A stretch of 63,697 nt of DNA, counting the filler, from Chiloscyllium plagiosum (Eukaryota), in NCBI RefSeq assembly GCF_004010195.1. It is 5 parts of one record of this genome, joined end to end, with 100 filler letters (N's around TTAATTAATTAA, not from the genome) between each part and the next. Parts side by side here need not be neighbours in the genome. Positions count along the whole stretch, not along the records: positions 1 to 18,171 come from NC_057717.1; positions 18,272 to 31,652 come from NC_057717.1; 3 more parts are not named here. One strand, 5' to 3'. Positions within the stretch are counted from its first letter, which is position 1, and the number at the start of each line of letters is the position of its first letter. Below the pieces are notes generated by a model. It had not been told where the DNA came from and did not search any database. It was given only the letters and a program-made list of their open reading frames with translations. Positions 13,411 to 25,541 of the stretch are shown here, piece by piece. The translations under genes and the position numbers were made by a program.

Positions 13411-13899
13411 CGGATTTGATTAAGAGATGAAAAAAAACCTATCAATTCTGAAGAAGCCAACGTTTAGAAATGTGGACGCATTTGTTAAAGAGATCGCTAG
13501 GGAGTCTCCGAGCAGGAGGAGTGCGGTAGGAAGAGGAAACTTGCTCAGCGTTTAATCAGATGATCAGAACAGGGAGAATTGAAGTTGCTGGATGTGGTGA
13601 GAGTGTTCCAGAGAGGGGCAAAGGCCTGAACAATGTTACAAAGCCAGTACGAATTGCTGCAGCTAGAGCTGTTTGCAGAGGTAGGGATGGACATCTGTAT
13701 TTTCGTTGATTCATTCATGGCCTGAGGATGTCAGTGGATGGACCAGCATACATTACCCCACTGCTAATTGCCTAGAGGCAGCTCAGAGTCAGCCATATTG
13801 CTGTGCGACTGGAGTCACATGTGAGCCAGACCAGGTAAGAATACCAGATGTCCCTCCCTAAAGGACAAATGTGAACAAGTTGAGTTTTACCAGATAATC

Positions 13900-14983
13900 A
13901 ACAATGCTTATACAGTAGCCTCACTAATGTCCTGTACAGATACACCATGGCATCCCAAATCCTACTCTCAATGCTCTGGCCAATGAAGGTAACCATCGCA
14001 AATGCCTGTTTCACCAGCCTGTCTACCCATGACGCTACTTTCAAAGAACTGTATACCTGCACCCCTGGGTCACTGATTGACAATACTACCCAGGACCCGA
14101 ACATTTACTGTACAAGTCCAGCCTGGTCTGCTTTATCACAATACAACATCTTGTATTTCTCCACCTGTTATTCCTAACCTCACTGGTCCAGCAGTACTAT
14201 TGATCCCATTTTACTCTTCGATAACCCTCTTCACTGTCCACTTTAGCACCAATTTCTGTCTCACTCACAACCTTGCTAACCATGAATCCTGTGTTATCAT
14301 CCAAACTGTTATATAAATGATGCACAACAATGACCCAGCACCGAACCCCAGGGCACACCGTTGGTCACAGGCCTGCAGTTTGAGGGGCAACCCTCTATGA
14401 ACACGCTCCGTCTCCTACTGTCAATCCTGTTTTGTATCCAGTTGGTGAGCGCTCCCTGGTTATGTGTGATCTCAACTTACTAACCAGTCTGCCATGCAGA
14501 ACCTTGTCAAAGGCCTTGCTAAGGTCCATGGAGACATCATGTCCTGCTCTGCTTTGATCTCTCACTTGTCTACCTCCACACAGTCAGGTTTGAGACATGG
14601 TTTCCCGTGCACAAAACCATGCTGACTGTCATTGATCTGTCCATGCTTTTCCAAATGCATGATGATCGTTTCTCTCAGAATCTCCTCCAACGACTTACCA
14701 CCGCTGCCATCAGTCTCACTGGGCTGTAGTGGCTGTTGATGATACAAATATCTCTGGGAGGGGCCCTGTAATGTCCTCCCTCACTTCTCACAAGGCAGTG
14801 GGATACATGTGATCATACCCCAAGGTTTTATCTAGCTTTTTGCATTTTAAGACATCCAGCACCTCCTGTTCTCCAATGTGCACTCTTTTCAAGACATCAC
14901 TATGTATTTTGCCAAGTTCCCGATGTTCCATATCTTTCTCCACAGTAAATTCTAACACAAAATATTTGTTCAGTATCTCAGCC
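13900..14983 (-). mobile_element. CR1 LINE ORF2 fragment
   Basis: LYRTLVR and LEEILRE..MHLEKHG.INDSQHGFVHGKPCL motifs. The left part is paralogous to 4900-5310. Confidence 0.85.
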
Positions 14984-15483
14984 NNNNNNNNNNNNNNNNN
15001 NNNNNNNNNNNNNNNNNNNNNNNNNNNNNNNNNNNNNNNNNNNNNNNNNNNNNNNNNNNNNNNNNNNNNNNNNNNNNNNNNNNNNNNNNNNNNNNNNNNN
15101 NNNNNNNNNNNNNNNNNNNNNNNNNNNNNNNNNNNNNNNNNNNNNNNNNNNNNNNNNNNNNNNNNNNNNNNNNNNNNNNNNNNNNNNNNNNNNNNNNNNN
15201 NNNNNNNNNNNNNNNNNNNNNNNNNNNNNNNNNNNNNNNNNNNNNNNNNNNNNNNNNNNNNNNNNNNNNNNNNNNNNNNNNNNNNNNNNNNNNNNNNNNN
15301 NNNNNNNNNNNNNNNNNNNNNNNNNNNNNNNNNNNNNNNNNNNNNNNNNNNNNNNNNNNNNNNNNNNNNNNNNNNNNNNNNNNNNNNNNNNNNNNNNNNN
15401 NNNNNNNNNNNNNNNNNNNNNNNNNNNNNNNNNNNNNNNNNNNNNNNNNNNNNNNNNNNNNNNNNNNNNNNNNNNNNNNNNNN

Positions 15484-18171
15484 CCCCTACAGCACTGTTA
15501 GCTGATGTTTGGAGCCCTCTCGCTGCTCTGTGCACTGTGAGTGATCTTACCACACTGCAGGATTTATTGAAGGCTCCAGATCTCCCTGCCCTTTGTCTCT
15601 CTGCCTGACCAACCATCTTCAACGTGGTGATGGATGGGACACCCAGCAGCTGGGAAATCTAATGAGTCAGGAACTTCCTGAGTACCTACAGGGGACAGAG
15701 AAATAGACGGAATAGGAAATTAGACTGATGCAGTGAGGGTTACACATGGAGAATAGTACTGTGTCCCACGGAGATCTGGAAAATCCCAGTCTCCATCCCT
15801 GACCTATGCAGAATTCTGTTGGCTCAGAATCTGGAGTAGCTGTAAGAGTGAGAGACACTGACAGAGGTAACAATGAGACCCACACAGTGAGGGAAACCAG
15901 ATGGAGAGAGACTGAGTGATATCACCAGACTGCAGGAAGGTATCAGGAACAAACAATCATGAAGGAAAACAGGTTTAGCTTCATGATACACTGGTATCAG
16001 TGTTCAGGGATAAATAGCCTGTGAGCAGACAAAGTAATGGCCTAGTGATATTGTTGCCAGAGCATGTATCCCAAACCTCAGCTAATGTTCAGGAGAGGCA
16101 GGTTTGAACCACCTTATCTGAAATGGTGGAATTTGAAATAAATTATTTTTAAAATAGTAATTGACCATCTATAAATACCATTACTGATGTACAATAAATC
16201 CAAACCTTGTCATTCAGAGAAGGACATCTGCCCACCCTCAGATGGTCTGCACGACATAGCCACAGCAAAGTGTTTGCCTCCCAATTGCCCTCTGAAATGG
16301 CCGAGCAAGCTAATCAGCNNNNNNNNNNNNNNNNNNNNNNNNNNNNNNNNNNNNNNNNNNNNNNNNNNNNNNNNNNNNNNNNNNNNNNNNNNNNNNNNNN
16401 NNNNNNNNNNNNNNNNNNNNNNNNNNNNNNNNNNNNNNNNNNNNNNNNNNNNNNNNNNNNNNNNNNNNNNNNNNNNNNNNNNNNNNNNNNNNNNNNNNNN
16501 NNACCAGGGAGACATGGTTACAAGACGAACAACAGTTGGAACATAAATATTCAATGGTTCACAACCTTGCGGAAACTCAGGCAAAATGGGTAATGCTAAC
16601 AATAATGGATAACAAAGGCCTTACAGAGAAAGCATTTGGCATCAGATCATGAAGTAGAGTCAGTCTGAATCTAAATTCTGGCTACTACTTGCGAAGGACA
16701 CAAGCGGCAGATCAGTTTTCGGCCACTTAACAATATTTCATTGCTCATCATTTGCATGAAAGAGGAACTCATTGGAATTTTTAATAAAGGCATTGTGATA
16801 ATTTAGTGAAACTTGAGTATTCATATAATCTTGGCAATCATACTAGCAAGAGTGATATTCGAAGAAGAGATTGTGGAATTTTTTTCAGTGTTTCTTTGAA
16901 TAACACATTATGCAACTGGCTAGAGACGTCACTATCTCAGTGCGACCGTTGTGTCATGAAACTTAGTGAGTAATGCCACCTGGGGAGATCCTCTGGGAAA
17001 TTGTGTAAAGTGCAGTTTAAAGAAATACAAAGTTTTAAAGTGAATCACAGAAAGGACAAGCTACATCTGGAAACAAAAAGAGCCAATTACATGGGTTTGA
17101 GAGGAGACCTGACCAAGGTAAACAGGCTAAACAGACTGAAGCATGTGTCTGTAAATGAACAGTGGAAAACATTTGAAGGAACAGTGTAAAACACTCAACA
17201 AAAGGACGTGCCATTGAAATAGAAAATCCTCAACAAGAAATTCCCACCCATCACTCACTCAGGACAAAATGGATCATATCAGATTATGAGGCTTAGACGA
17301 TTACCACAAAATACTTAAAATCCTGAAATGAGAGAGAGTTTTAGCAGTAAGTTTTAAAGGGAATGCAAAGGGTCTGCTAGTAGGGGGGTGGGGTAATGGG
17401 AAGGGGAATCATTGTCAGGATTTAATGACACGATAGGAACAGGGAGATGTGAAGGTGCTGGAGGTGGTGAGAGAGTGGTCCAGGCCTGAACAGTGTGACA
17501 AAGCCAGCTGCAGCTGGAGGAGTTTGCAAAGGTAGGGAGGGACGAATGCATTTTTATTTATTCATTCATGGGATGAGGGTGATTGAACCAGCATTCTTTG
17601 CCCCACTGTTAATTACCCAGAGGGTAGCTCAGAGTCAGCCATATTGCTGTGGGTTTGGAATCACATGTCAGCCAGACCAGGTTGGAATGCCAGATGCACT
17701 TCCATAAAAGAAGCTAAGTGAACCAGATGAGTTCTTCCTACTGGTCAACAATGCTTTTATGGAGGCCGCACCAATGTCCTGTACAGCCACAATATGACAT
17801 CCCAACTCCTACTCTCAATGCTCTGCCCTATGAATTAAACCATCCCAAACACCTGCTTCACCAGCGTGTCTACCAGTATTGCCACTCTCAAGAAACTGTC
17901 TACCTGCATCCCTGGGTCTCTGATTGACAACACTACCCAGTGCCCGAACATTAACTGTACAAGTTCCGCCCTTGTTTGTTTCACCAAAATGTAACACTTC
18001 ACATTTATCTAATTAAACTTCATCTGCTATTCTTCAGGCCACTATTCCAGCAGTACTGTTCATCCTGTTGTATCACAGATAACCTCCTTCACTGTCCACT
18101 TTACCACCAATGTCAGTGTCACCCAAACAAAAGTTACTTACCACAAAACCAATACTCCCATCCAAACCATT
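15484..18171. repeat. Segmental duplication family A, copy A2 (direct)
   Basis: High-identity collinear copy of 2380-5310; near-identical ORFs 4635-4847 vs 17495-17707. Confidence 0.95.
15551..15685 (-). other. Exon-like cassette, copy 2 (135 nt)
   Basis: tctatttctctgtcccctgtag|GTACTC...GTGTG|gtaaga. Phase-1 frame reads GTQEVPDSLDFPAAGCPIHHHVEDGWSGRETKGREIWSLQ*. Confidence 0.45.
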
Positions 18172-18271
18172 NNNNNNNNNNNNNNNNNNNNNNNNNNNNN
18201 NNNNNNNNNNNNNNNTTAATTAATTAANNNNNNNNNNNNNNNNNNNNNNNNNNNNNNNNNNNNNNNNNNNN
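18172..18271. other. Artificial scaffold linker
   Basis: Exactly 44 N + TTAATTAATTAA (stops in all six frames) + 44 N. Confidence 0.97.
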
Positions 18272-18436
18272 TGTGTGTGTGTCTGCTTCTGTGAGTGTAT
18301 GTGCATGTCTGTGTATGTGTGTGTCTGTGTATATATGTCTGTAGGTGTGTGTCTGTGTGTCTGTCTATGTGTGTGTGCGGGTGTGTGTCTGTGCTTTTCT
18401 GTGTGTTTGTGTGCGTGTGTGACTGTATGTGTGTGT
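18272..18436. repeat. Degenerate (TG)n microsatellite
   Basis: Interrupted tgtg/tctg/tatg run. Confidence 0.9.
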
Positions 18437-18471
18437 TGATGGTGCTGTGAGCTGCTGCTCTCCCTCTGTAC

Positions 18472-18582
18472 CTCCCAAACTAAATCGCTGACGCTTTTCA
18501 TCCTCCACTCCAACCTGTACAGTGGTGAGGCGAGGCCAGCAGAGACTGGCAGCAACAGAAAGCTCTACAGGTCTGTCAGTAT
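18472..18582 (-). other. Candidate internal exon (111 nt, phase 1-1)
   Basis: tcctttcatttctgtccacag|ATACTGAC...TTTGGGAG|gtacag. Open frame (D)TDRPVELSVAASLCWPRLTTVQVGVEDEKRQRFSLG; product not recognised. Confidence 0.35.
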
Positions 18583-19410
18583 CTGTGGACAGAAATGAAA
18601 GGACCCTTCCTCGGATCTCGTGTCAGGGGATATTACATCACTTTAAGCACCATAAAGACTGCCAAACTCGTTCCACATTGATACACACAGACAGACGCAC
18701 ACTAATACAGAGACTTAGAGACACTCACTAATATACAGAAACTAATACAGACATGGAGTGTCTGTCAGTATTTCCCTTGCTCCATGGTAATCTTGTCAAT
18801 ATTTCAATTATTCTGTCTGGTGTTTGCCAGTATTTAAGTCTGTCCTCAGGGAGTGTGTTATTATTGCACTTGCTCACAATAGTGCGTGAGTCAGTATTTC
18901 TCTGTGGAGTGCGACTGTAGGACAATTTCAATGTTTGCAGATACCAAACCTGGAAGAATTATAATGTTTATGGAGGACAGTGTGGAAATCTCGCAGGACA
19001 GTAATACGTTGGTGTAGTAATCAGGTTTATGGCAGGTCAGGAACAATGCAGACAGTGTGAGGTGATGCACCTTGGCAGGAATAACTCTGAAATTTAATAT
19101 AAAACATTCTGTACCATTATAAAGGAGTGCAGGAACAGAGGGCGCTTGGTGTATATGAGCACATATTATTGAAGATGTCAGGACAAGTGAGGAGAGCAGT
19201 AAATATCACAGATTAGCTTCAATATATGACCTGTTTACAGGGGGAGGTATAGGAGGGAGTCTCCGTGCTCCCTTCCTGGAGGTGGTAGTGATGATGTGTT
19301 GTGAGCACACCCTCCTGCCCACCGAGACCGTGGGGATTACATTTGTACCAGCTCGACACAAAAGGGAGATGGCATCAGGTCCATGGCTTCTAAGTTGTGC
19401 TGGGGGGAAA

Positions 19411-19990
19411 CGGAACTGCCAGTGGGTTTAAAGTGAGAATTGCCCTTCACTGAACATTGCTCCTTACTCGGTCGGTGGGACCCAGATGTTTCAGAATCTC
19501 CACACGTGGTGTCCCGGTCCTTTCCGGCTCGTACCAGGGTCCTCCCCATATGGCGGGGGTTGGGGCGTGAGGGAAAGGATATCGAGCACCCCACTATCTG
19601 GCTTAGCCCTTTCTGTCCTAGTCCAGGCTGTTTCTCCTGGAATGGGAGAAAGGGACTGAGGGAGGGAGGGTGGGAGTGTATGGCCCTGCTATTTGTTTGG
19701 AGGGAGTCAGTCCACAGTGTTGTATCCATGCAGCGTTATTAGTGTGGGGTGTAAAGTAGATCGAGAGAGAGAGTGAGTGAGAAAGAGAGACTGCAAACAG
19801 TAGTGAAAGTGGTGGAGCATGAGCCTTGTTCGGGGATAGGTCCAATAACAGATATACAGTGAGTGTGAGGGAGCAGAGAGAATAAAGCGAGCGTTATCCT
19901 GAAAGAGCGGGAATGTTTATTGATGCTTGTCCTGTATTGCTGAGCATTTCTTCAGACCACAGATACTACACTGAGCTGGGTGGTGAGCTC
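19411..19990. repeat. Unclassified multi-copy unit (family U), copy 1
   Basis: ggaactgccagtgggtt(t/c)aaagtgagaattgc...gatgtttcagaatctc through ttgatgcttgtcctgtattgctg recurs at 44200-44830 and 55553-55882. Confidence 0.8.
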
Positions 19991-20885
19991 AGACCATGCT
20001 CGGTGCGTCTGGTGGTGTGGCCCCCTCTGGGAAGAGAATGGTACCCTATGTACTAGCCCATCCACCCGGACCTCCGTGCCCCTGTTGACAAACCGTGGTG
20101 TAATTGCCCCTTATCTGCCATGCTCAGGGTAAACTGTGCAGGGCAGCGCCGAACTGAGAAAGCTCAACCGTGTGCCCATTGGCCTTTTGAAGATGGCACC
20201 AGTGCCAGGGATCACGGAATACCTAGGGTCATGCAGACGTTCGTGAGTACCTCCAGCCAAGAAGGAAAATCGAGCTGGCATTGAATGAGAGGGACGTCAT
20301 GGGGTGGGGTAGGTAGTTTATGAGGTGAGTTTGATAAGATAGCACCAGCAAACTAGTTCGGTCTCATACAGACTATCCCTGTCATACTCAGTGAAAATGT
20401 CACTGAGACAAATTATTTTTCGATTCATCCCATTGAGTCGAAGACTCTGCTGACTCTTCTCCCAGTTACAGAGCTGAAGAACAAATGTTCATCCAATACT
20501 CTCCATCATCTGAACTCACACCAATATCCCATTTACCCATCATTCCTGGAAACACTGGCTCATGTTGCAGGATACTGTCGAAATGTCTACTTCACCATTC
20601 TGGAACCTGGGAACGCATCCTTCCATGTCATTGTCTTTCAGTCTCCCCCTCTCTGTCTGTTCCCAACCCCTCCTATTTGTTGATACTTAAACTGATTGTC
20701 CCGCCATCTCCCTCTGGCAGTGATTTTCACCTCCACAGCACAGTGGAGATGTGGATAAATGGATGGGAGCTGCACATCCTGTCACTTCCAGCATGGGCTG
20801 CAAGTTTCCCTACACTGGGCTGTGAACTAACACAGTGTTACTGAACAATGTACTGGGGTGATAGACACAGTTCCACACCCTGGTC

Positions 20886-21160
20886 ATATATCTCATCTGT
20901 GTTTATAGATCAATGCACTGCTGTGGTCTGCATACCTTCCCACGCTCGGTAGATTGTGGGTTGCATTGCACAGTACACCAGTCCGGTCTGCATCGTTCTC
21001 CCTGCTGAACACATGTCTCATCTGGGTTTATAGATCAATGCACTGTTGAGGTCTGCACTGTATTTCACTCTGGGCCTATTACAGGGTGTTGTTCAGCAGT
21101 ACACTAGCCTGGTCTGTGCAGTGCTCCATGCTGAACAAATATCTCCTCTGGGGTTATGGT
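20886..21160. repeat. ~125-bp diverged tandem repeat, ~2.2 copies
   Basis: tctcatctg(t/g)gtttatagatcaatgcactg at ~20890 and ~21016; partial third copy at ~21142. Confidence 0.75.
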
Positions 21161-21642
21161 GTCTGGTCTGGTTCTATGAGGGGGATTGAGAATGTGATCT
21201 AACTGATCCTTTCAGTTAATATGGCGATGCCTTTATTTGTGTTGTCAATCATGCGTTTGGACCCTCCAAATTCTGACTCCTCCGGCCAATCCCATTCTTC
21301 AGTCTACCTCCATAGTTCAGCAACGTGATGGTCCATTAGTAATTGTCCAGTATCAATGTGAATAACTGTTCTGTCTATTTCCCTGGCTTTTGACCTTGCT
21401 CACCCTGGAGCATTGGGATTCACAACGATAAACCTCAGTAAGGTCACTCCTCAGAACCAATGCTCCAGGTAACATAGCCCCAGCCATTCATACTTTCCAT
21501 GTAGCTCAACATCACTCGCCACCACCATGCTACCCAAAATTGTCAATATACTTGGAAATCTTTTTCGCATGCTTTTAAGTTTAACAACCTCTCCCCTATA
21601 ACAGTGAGAATAGAATTACAGACGTGTCTGAACATGGTGTGT

Positions 21643-22922
21643 AGGCGAAAGTGAATATAGCAGATGCGGGAGAATAGAGTCAAGAGTGTGGTGCTGGAAA
21701 AGCACAGCACGTCAGGCAGCATCTGAGGAGCTGGAGAACCAATGTTGGGGGAAAAAGTCGAATTTTCCTGCTCCTCGAATGCTGCCTGACCTGTTGTGCT
21801 TTACGAGCACCACACTCTGAACCTAGTGTATATCCCAGATGGCCTTCTTCTTCTTTTACTGCAATTTTCCCTCCCACGTCGTCGAAGATGCCATCGAGAG
21901 CATCTCATCCAATTCCTGCACCCCCGCCTTCGGATCCCACCCCTCCCAACGCAACAGGGAAAGAACACCTTGTTCCTCACCTTACATCCCATCAAACCTC
22001 CACATACAACACACTATCCTGCCCCATTTTGCGCCACCTACAAACAGACCCCACCATCAGGGATATATTTCCCTCCCCACCCGAATCTGCGTTTCATAAA
22101 GAACATTCTCGGCGCCACTCCCTTGTCAGGCCCAAACTACCAACCAACCCACCCTTCACTCCTGGCACCTTCCCCTGCCACCGCAAGAATTGGAAAACCT
22201 GCATTCTCACCTCCCCCATCATCTCCGTCCAAGACCCTGAAGGATCCTTCCACATCCTTTGCAGTTTTACCTGCACTTCCACACATGTCGCCTACAGTAT
22301 CCATTGCTCCTGATTTCTCCTCGACATTGACGAGACCGGACACAATGTGCAGAACACTTCAGAGAACATCTCTGGGACACCCGCATCAACGAACCCCACC
22401 ACCCCGTGGCTGCACACTTTAACTCCCCCCTCCCACTCAGCCATGGACATGCAGGTCCTGGGCCTCCTCCACGGCCAAACGTTAACCACTTGACACTTGG
22501 AGCAAGAAAGACTCATCTTCTGCCTCACGACCCTGCAACCACATGGGATCAATGTAGATTTCACCAGTTTTCTCATTTCTCCAACCCGCACCTTATCCCA
22601 GATCCAACCTTCCAAATCAGCACCGCCCCCATGACCTGTCCTATCTTTCCATCTTCCTTCCCATCTATCTGCTCCACCCTCCTCTCCGACATATCACCTC
22701 CAATTCCAACTTCATCTACCTATGACATTATCAGCTCCCTTCGCCAACCCCATCCCTTTCCCATTGATCTCTCAGTCCGCTTGGGCCACAAGTCTCATTC
22801 CTGATGAAGGGCGTACACAAGAAATTTCGATGCTCGTCTGATGCTGCCTGACCTGCTATGCTTTTCCAGCACCACATTCTCGACTCTGATCTCCAGCATC
22901 TGCAATCCTCACTTTCTCCCTT
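21643..22922 (+). mobile_element. 5'-truncated Penelope-like element: inverted pLTR hairpin + GIY-YIG region + 3' pLTR
   Basis: Hairpin at 21683-21818. Decayed ORF DPTIRDIFPSPP...PGTFPCHRKNWKTC...FTCTSTHVAYSIHCS...VAAHFNSP. The 3' pLTR has a degenerate HHR attcCTGATGAaggg...GAAAttTC at ~22797-22830. Confidence 0.9.
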
Positions 22923-23357
22923 GAGTTAATCTTTCCAGAAATTTCCCCACCAGACATCTTATGCAGCTGGTCTGTTATTTTATCCTGTCTCCTTAATAAA
23001 CAGAGTGAGGCATAAACAGCCCTGCAGTGCTCTGGCAACACTCCCACATATAAGGAAAAAGTAAAAAAAAAGGATAGATTTAAACTCCGTCCGTCAGTAA
23101 CCGTCATCCATTCCATCGAGACTGACTAAATATTGCCTTTGATTATGACATGAAATGTTATGTAAGGAAGGGGTTAACTGAGCCTGTTTTTCAGTGACTG
23201 TGACTAATGTCAGTCTCCATGGATTCTAATTATCACAGTGGAGAGTTCCCATCTTTTAATGATAAATGGGCACCGTTCAATGTGTTATCTCAAAGTGTGA
23301 GTGGGAACAAAGATCAAGAGCCCTGGATGGAGAAGGGGAGGAGAGATCCATAATCCG

Positions 23358-23476
23358 GGAACATTAGACTGGAATGTTCCAACAATGGAACAAAAACTGA
23401 GAACTTATGACTGGAATGTTCCAACAATGGATCAGAATTTGGGAACATTAGACTGGAATGTTTCAACAATGGACAG
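23358..23476. repeat. 42-bp tandem repeat, ~3 copies, with internal inverted repeat
   Basis: Unit gggaacattagactggaatgttccaacaatgga(n9), containing GGAACATT-N7-AATGTTCC. Confidence 0.85.
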
Positions 23477-23964
23477 GGTTCTATCCGATTATCTTTGGTC
23501 TCTTTCTATATATTATGATTGGTTGTCATTATCATTCCGGATCTATTGTGTCCTTCGGATTATTCAATATTTTTATTATCCTCTCCTGTCTATCGTTGGT
23601 TTTCCTGGTAAGTCTCACCATCCAGATATGTTTTTTTCTATAAACCAGTTATGACTGCGTTACTGTTCTCTCATGTAGTCTTCATTTCTTATCACTATTA
23701 TTGCTCATGTTGAGACTCTGATCCCAAATATTCACTCTGCAGACCACTACTAACTGCATCAGGGAACTTGTTCAATTACTGTCTCTCTCCTTGATTCTGG
23801 CAGTGACACTCATGAGTCTCTATGTTGACCTACTCAGTTTCAGATGTGAACCATTGTCTCACTGTCCTTGCTCTTTAAATATTGGGAGTGTGGAGGTCAT
23901 TGTCCTCTATTATGTTTACGAACTCCGTTTCCTTCATGGAACTCCATCCCATGCCTGCCCAATA

Positions 23965-24215
23965 TCTTTTTCCTTATTCATTTGAGGGACATGGGCATCG
24001 CTGGCTGGCCCGCATTAATAGCTCATGCCTAGTTGCACTTGAGAAGGTGATGGTAAGCTGGCCTCTCGAATCGCTGCAGTCCACTTGCTGTGGGTTGACC
24101 CACAATGACATTAGGGAGGGCATTCCAGATCCTGACCGAATGACTGTGAAGGAATGTCGGTATACTTCCAAGTCAGGGTGGTGAGCGGCTTGGAGGGGAA
24201 TTTGCAGGTGGTGTT
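23965..24215 (-). mobile_element. L2-type LINE 3' end
   Basis: gggcatcgctggctggcccgcatt...cttgagaaggtgatggtaagctg...ctgcagtcc is the reverse complement of the tail shared with the SacSINE-type copies. Confidence 0.65.
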
Positions 24216-24647
24216 TGACACAGACGAATCACAGGTTCGGTGACCCCTTTGGCCATGAGTTGATTCCTGACACCATGCCCTGACCATGATTAACTTTAAC
24301 TACTCACTGCTCCAGAATGTACTTCACTGGCTTAACTCATTTACTGTTTGAACCTTGAGTTGTGAAATACAGACTTAATGATAATAACAAACTGCTGCTG
24401 TCATTCTCGGGTTGAAACCTTCGAACTCATACCAAAATCCCATCAATCTGACATTCCTATGCACGCTTATCTATGTCGCTATTTTGTCTGGCAATGTCTT
24501 TATTTTTGATATTCTTGAGCAGTTAACTCATCTGTCCATAAAACTTCCCTCAGTCTCTCTGTGTCGATTTCCAAATCCCTGACAGTTGTTCATATCTAAC
24601 CTGGTTTCCTTTAAGTGTAGTTTCTCTCAAGCAATGACTTTCAGATT

Positions 24648-24648
<1 letters not shown>

Positions 24649-24685
<37 letters not shown>
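24649..24685. repeat. (CA)n microsatellite inside an old minus-strand CR1 endonuclease remnant
   Basis: Perfect CA run; the flank translates LRETTLKGNQ, similar to CR1 ITETWLKG.Q. Confidence 0.9.
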
Positions 24686-24687
<2 letters not shown>

Positions 24688-25278
24688 CTTATACTGGTCC
24701 AATGGAGATAGAAATATTCCCCTGCTGTATGTATTTGATGTATGTATCGTTCCTATATGATAGCAAAAGTTTCCAATACTCCTCAGGCTGGGCAGATAAA
24801 CCGGTTTACTGAGCAATACACGAGCATGGCCTGCACAGTTCTCCATCTTAGTCTGCCATCTTCTCCCAGCTTATATTGTTTAACGTGTTCTGTGAAGCCG
24901 ATTTAGAATTTGATGGAACAAACCATTCCAGCTGATTTGAAAATTCCTTTATTCAATGTTCTCATTCTTGTAATTTTGCTCTCTAAGGGTTCAATGCTCC
25001 ACTTAGTCCCACGACCCAGTCTTTTTCTCTATATTTTCACAACATGTTCTCAGTTAATTAACTGTCTGTTTCTGTCTTTAATGTGAATCTTTCTGTCTCT
25101 CTGTATCATACCCTGACCTTGGATTTTGGCTCCCTAGTGTATCAAGTGCTGACATTGTGAAGCTCAGAAACAGTGAAATGATGTGTGTTGGGCTGTTGTT
25201 CAATTCCCAGTGTGTTCCATGTGGTATTCCATGTCGGGGGTGGGGGTGGGGGTGTGCGTCGAGCTGTTGGTCACTTAC

Positions 25279-25541
25279 CGGTGTGCCCCATATGGTGCTC
25301 CATTTTGAATTGGGGATTCCGCAGCTTTGACTCATGTCTTTGAAAGATGGTCTGTGCCTGTCCACTGAACGTGTGACGAATGTGTTTGCCCTCTGACATG
25401 ATCATGTGGTCAATAACACGAGGAAGCCCCTTGAGTATTATTGTAAAGGACTCGGGATCTAACATCTCTGACAATGCTGTCTCCCGCTCGGTGTTTGCCG
25501 CTGGGCTCCGGGGTCGGGCGGCGGGGCCGCGCACTGAGAGG
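25279..25541 (-). other. Candidate first exon of an unidentified minus-strand gene
   Basis: CpG/GC-rich 5' part (25480-25541) abuts a gap. ATG at 25465 opens 62 codons (MLDPESFTIILKGLPRVIDHM...HHMGHT) ending at a consensus donor CCG|gtaagt, phase 1. Confidence 0.4.

Noticed and set aside
13444..13475. ctgaagaag...gaaatgtg as another hammerhead
   Set aside because: No stem II or stem I pairing and no valid cleavage triplet.
18216..18227. TTAATTAATTAA as a biological motif or piggyBac TTAA site
   Set aside because: It always occurs centred in exactly 44+44 N, so it is an assembly linker.
23358..23476. CRISPR-like palindromic repeats (also 33262-34130, 54434-54673)
   Set aside because: Head-to-tail tandem units without unique spacers, no cas genes, vertebrate context.
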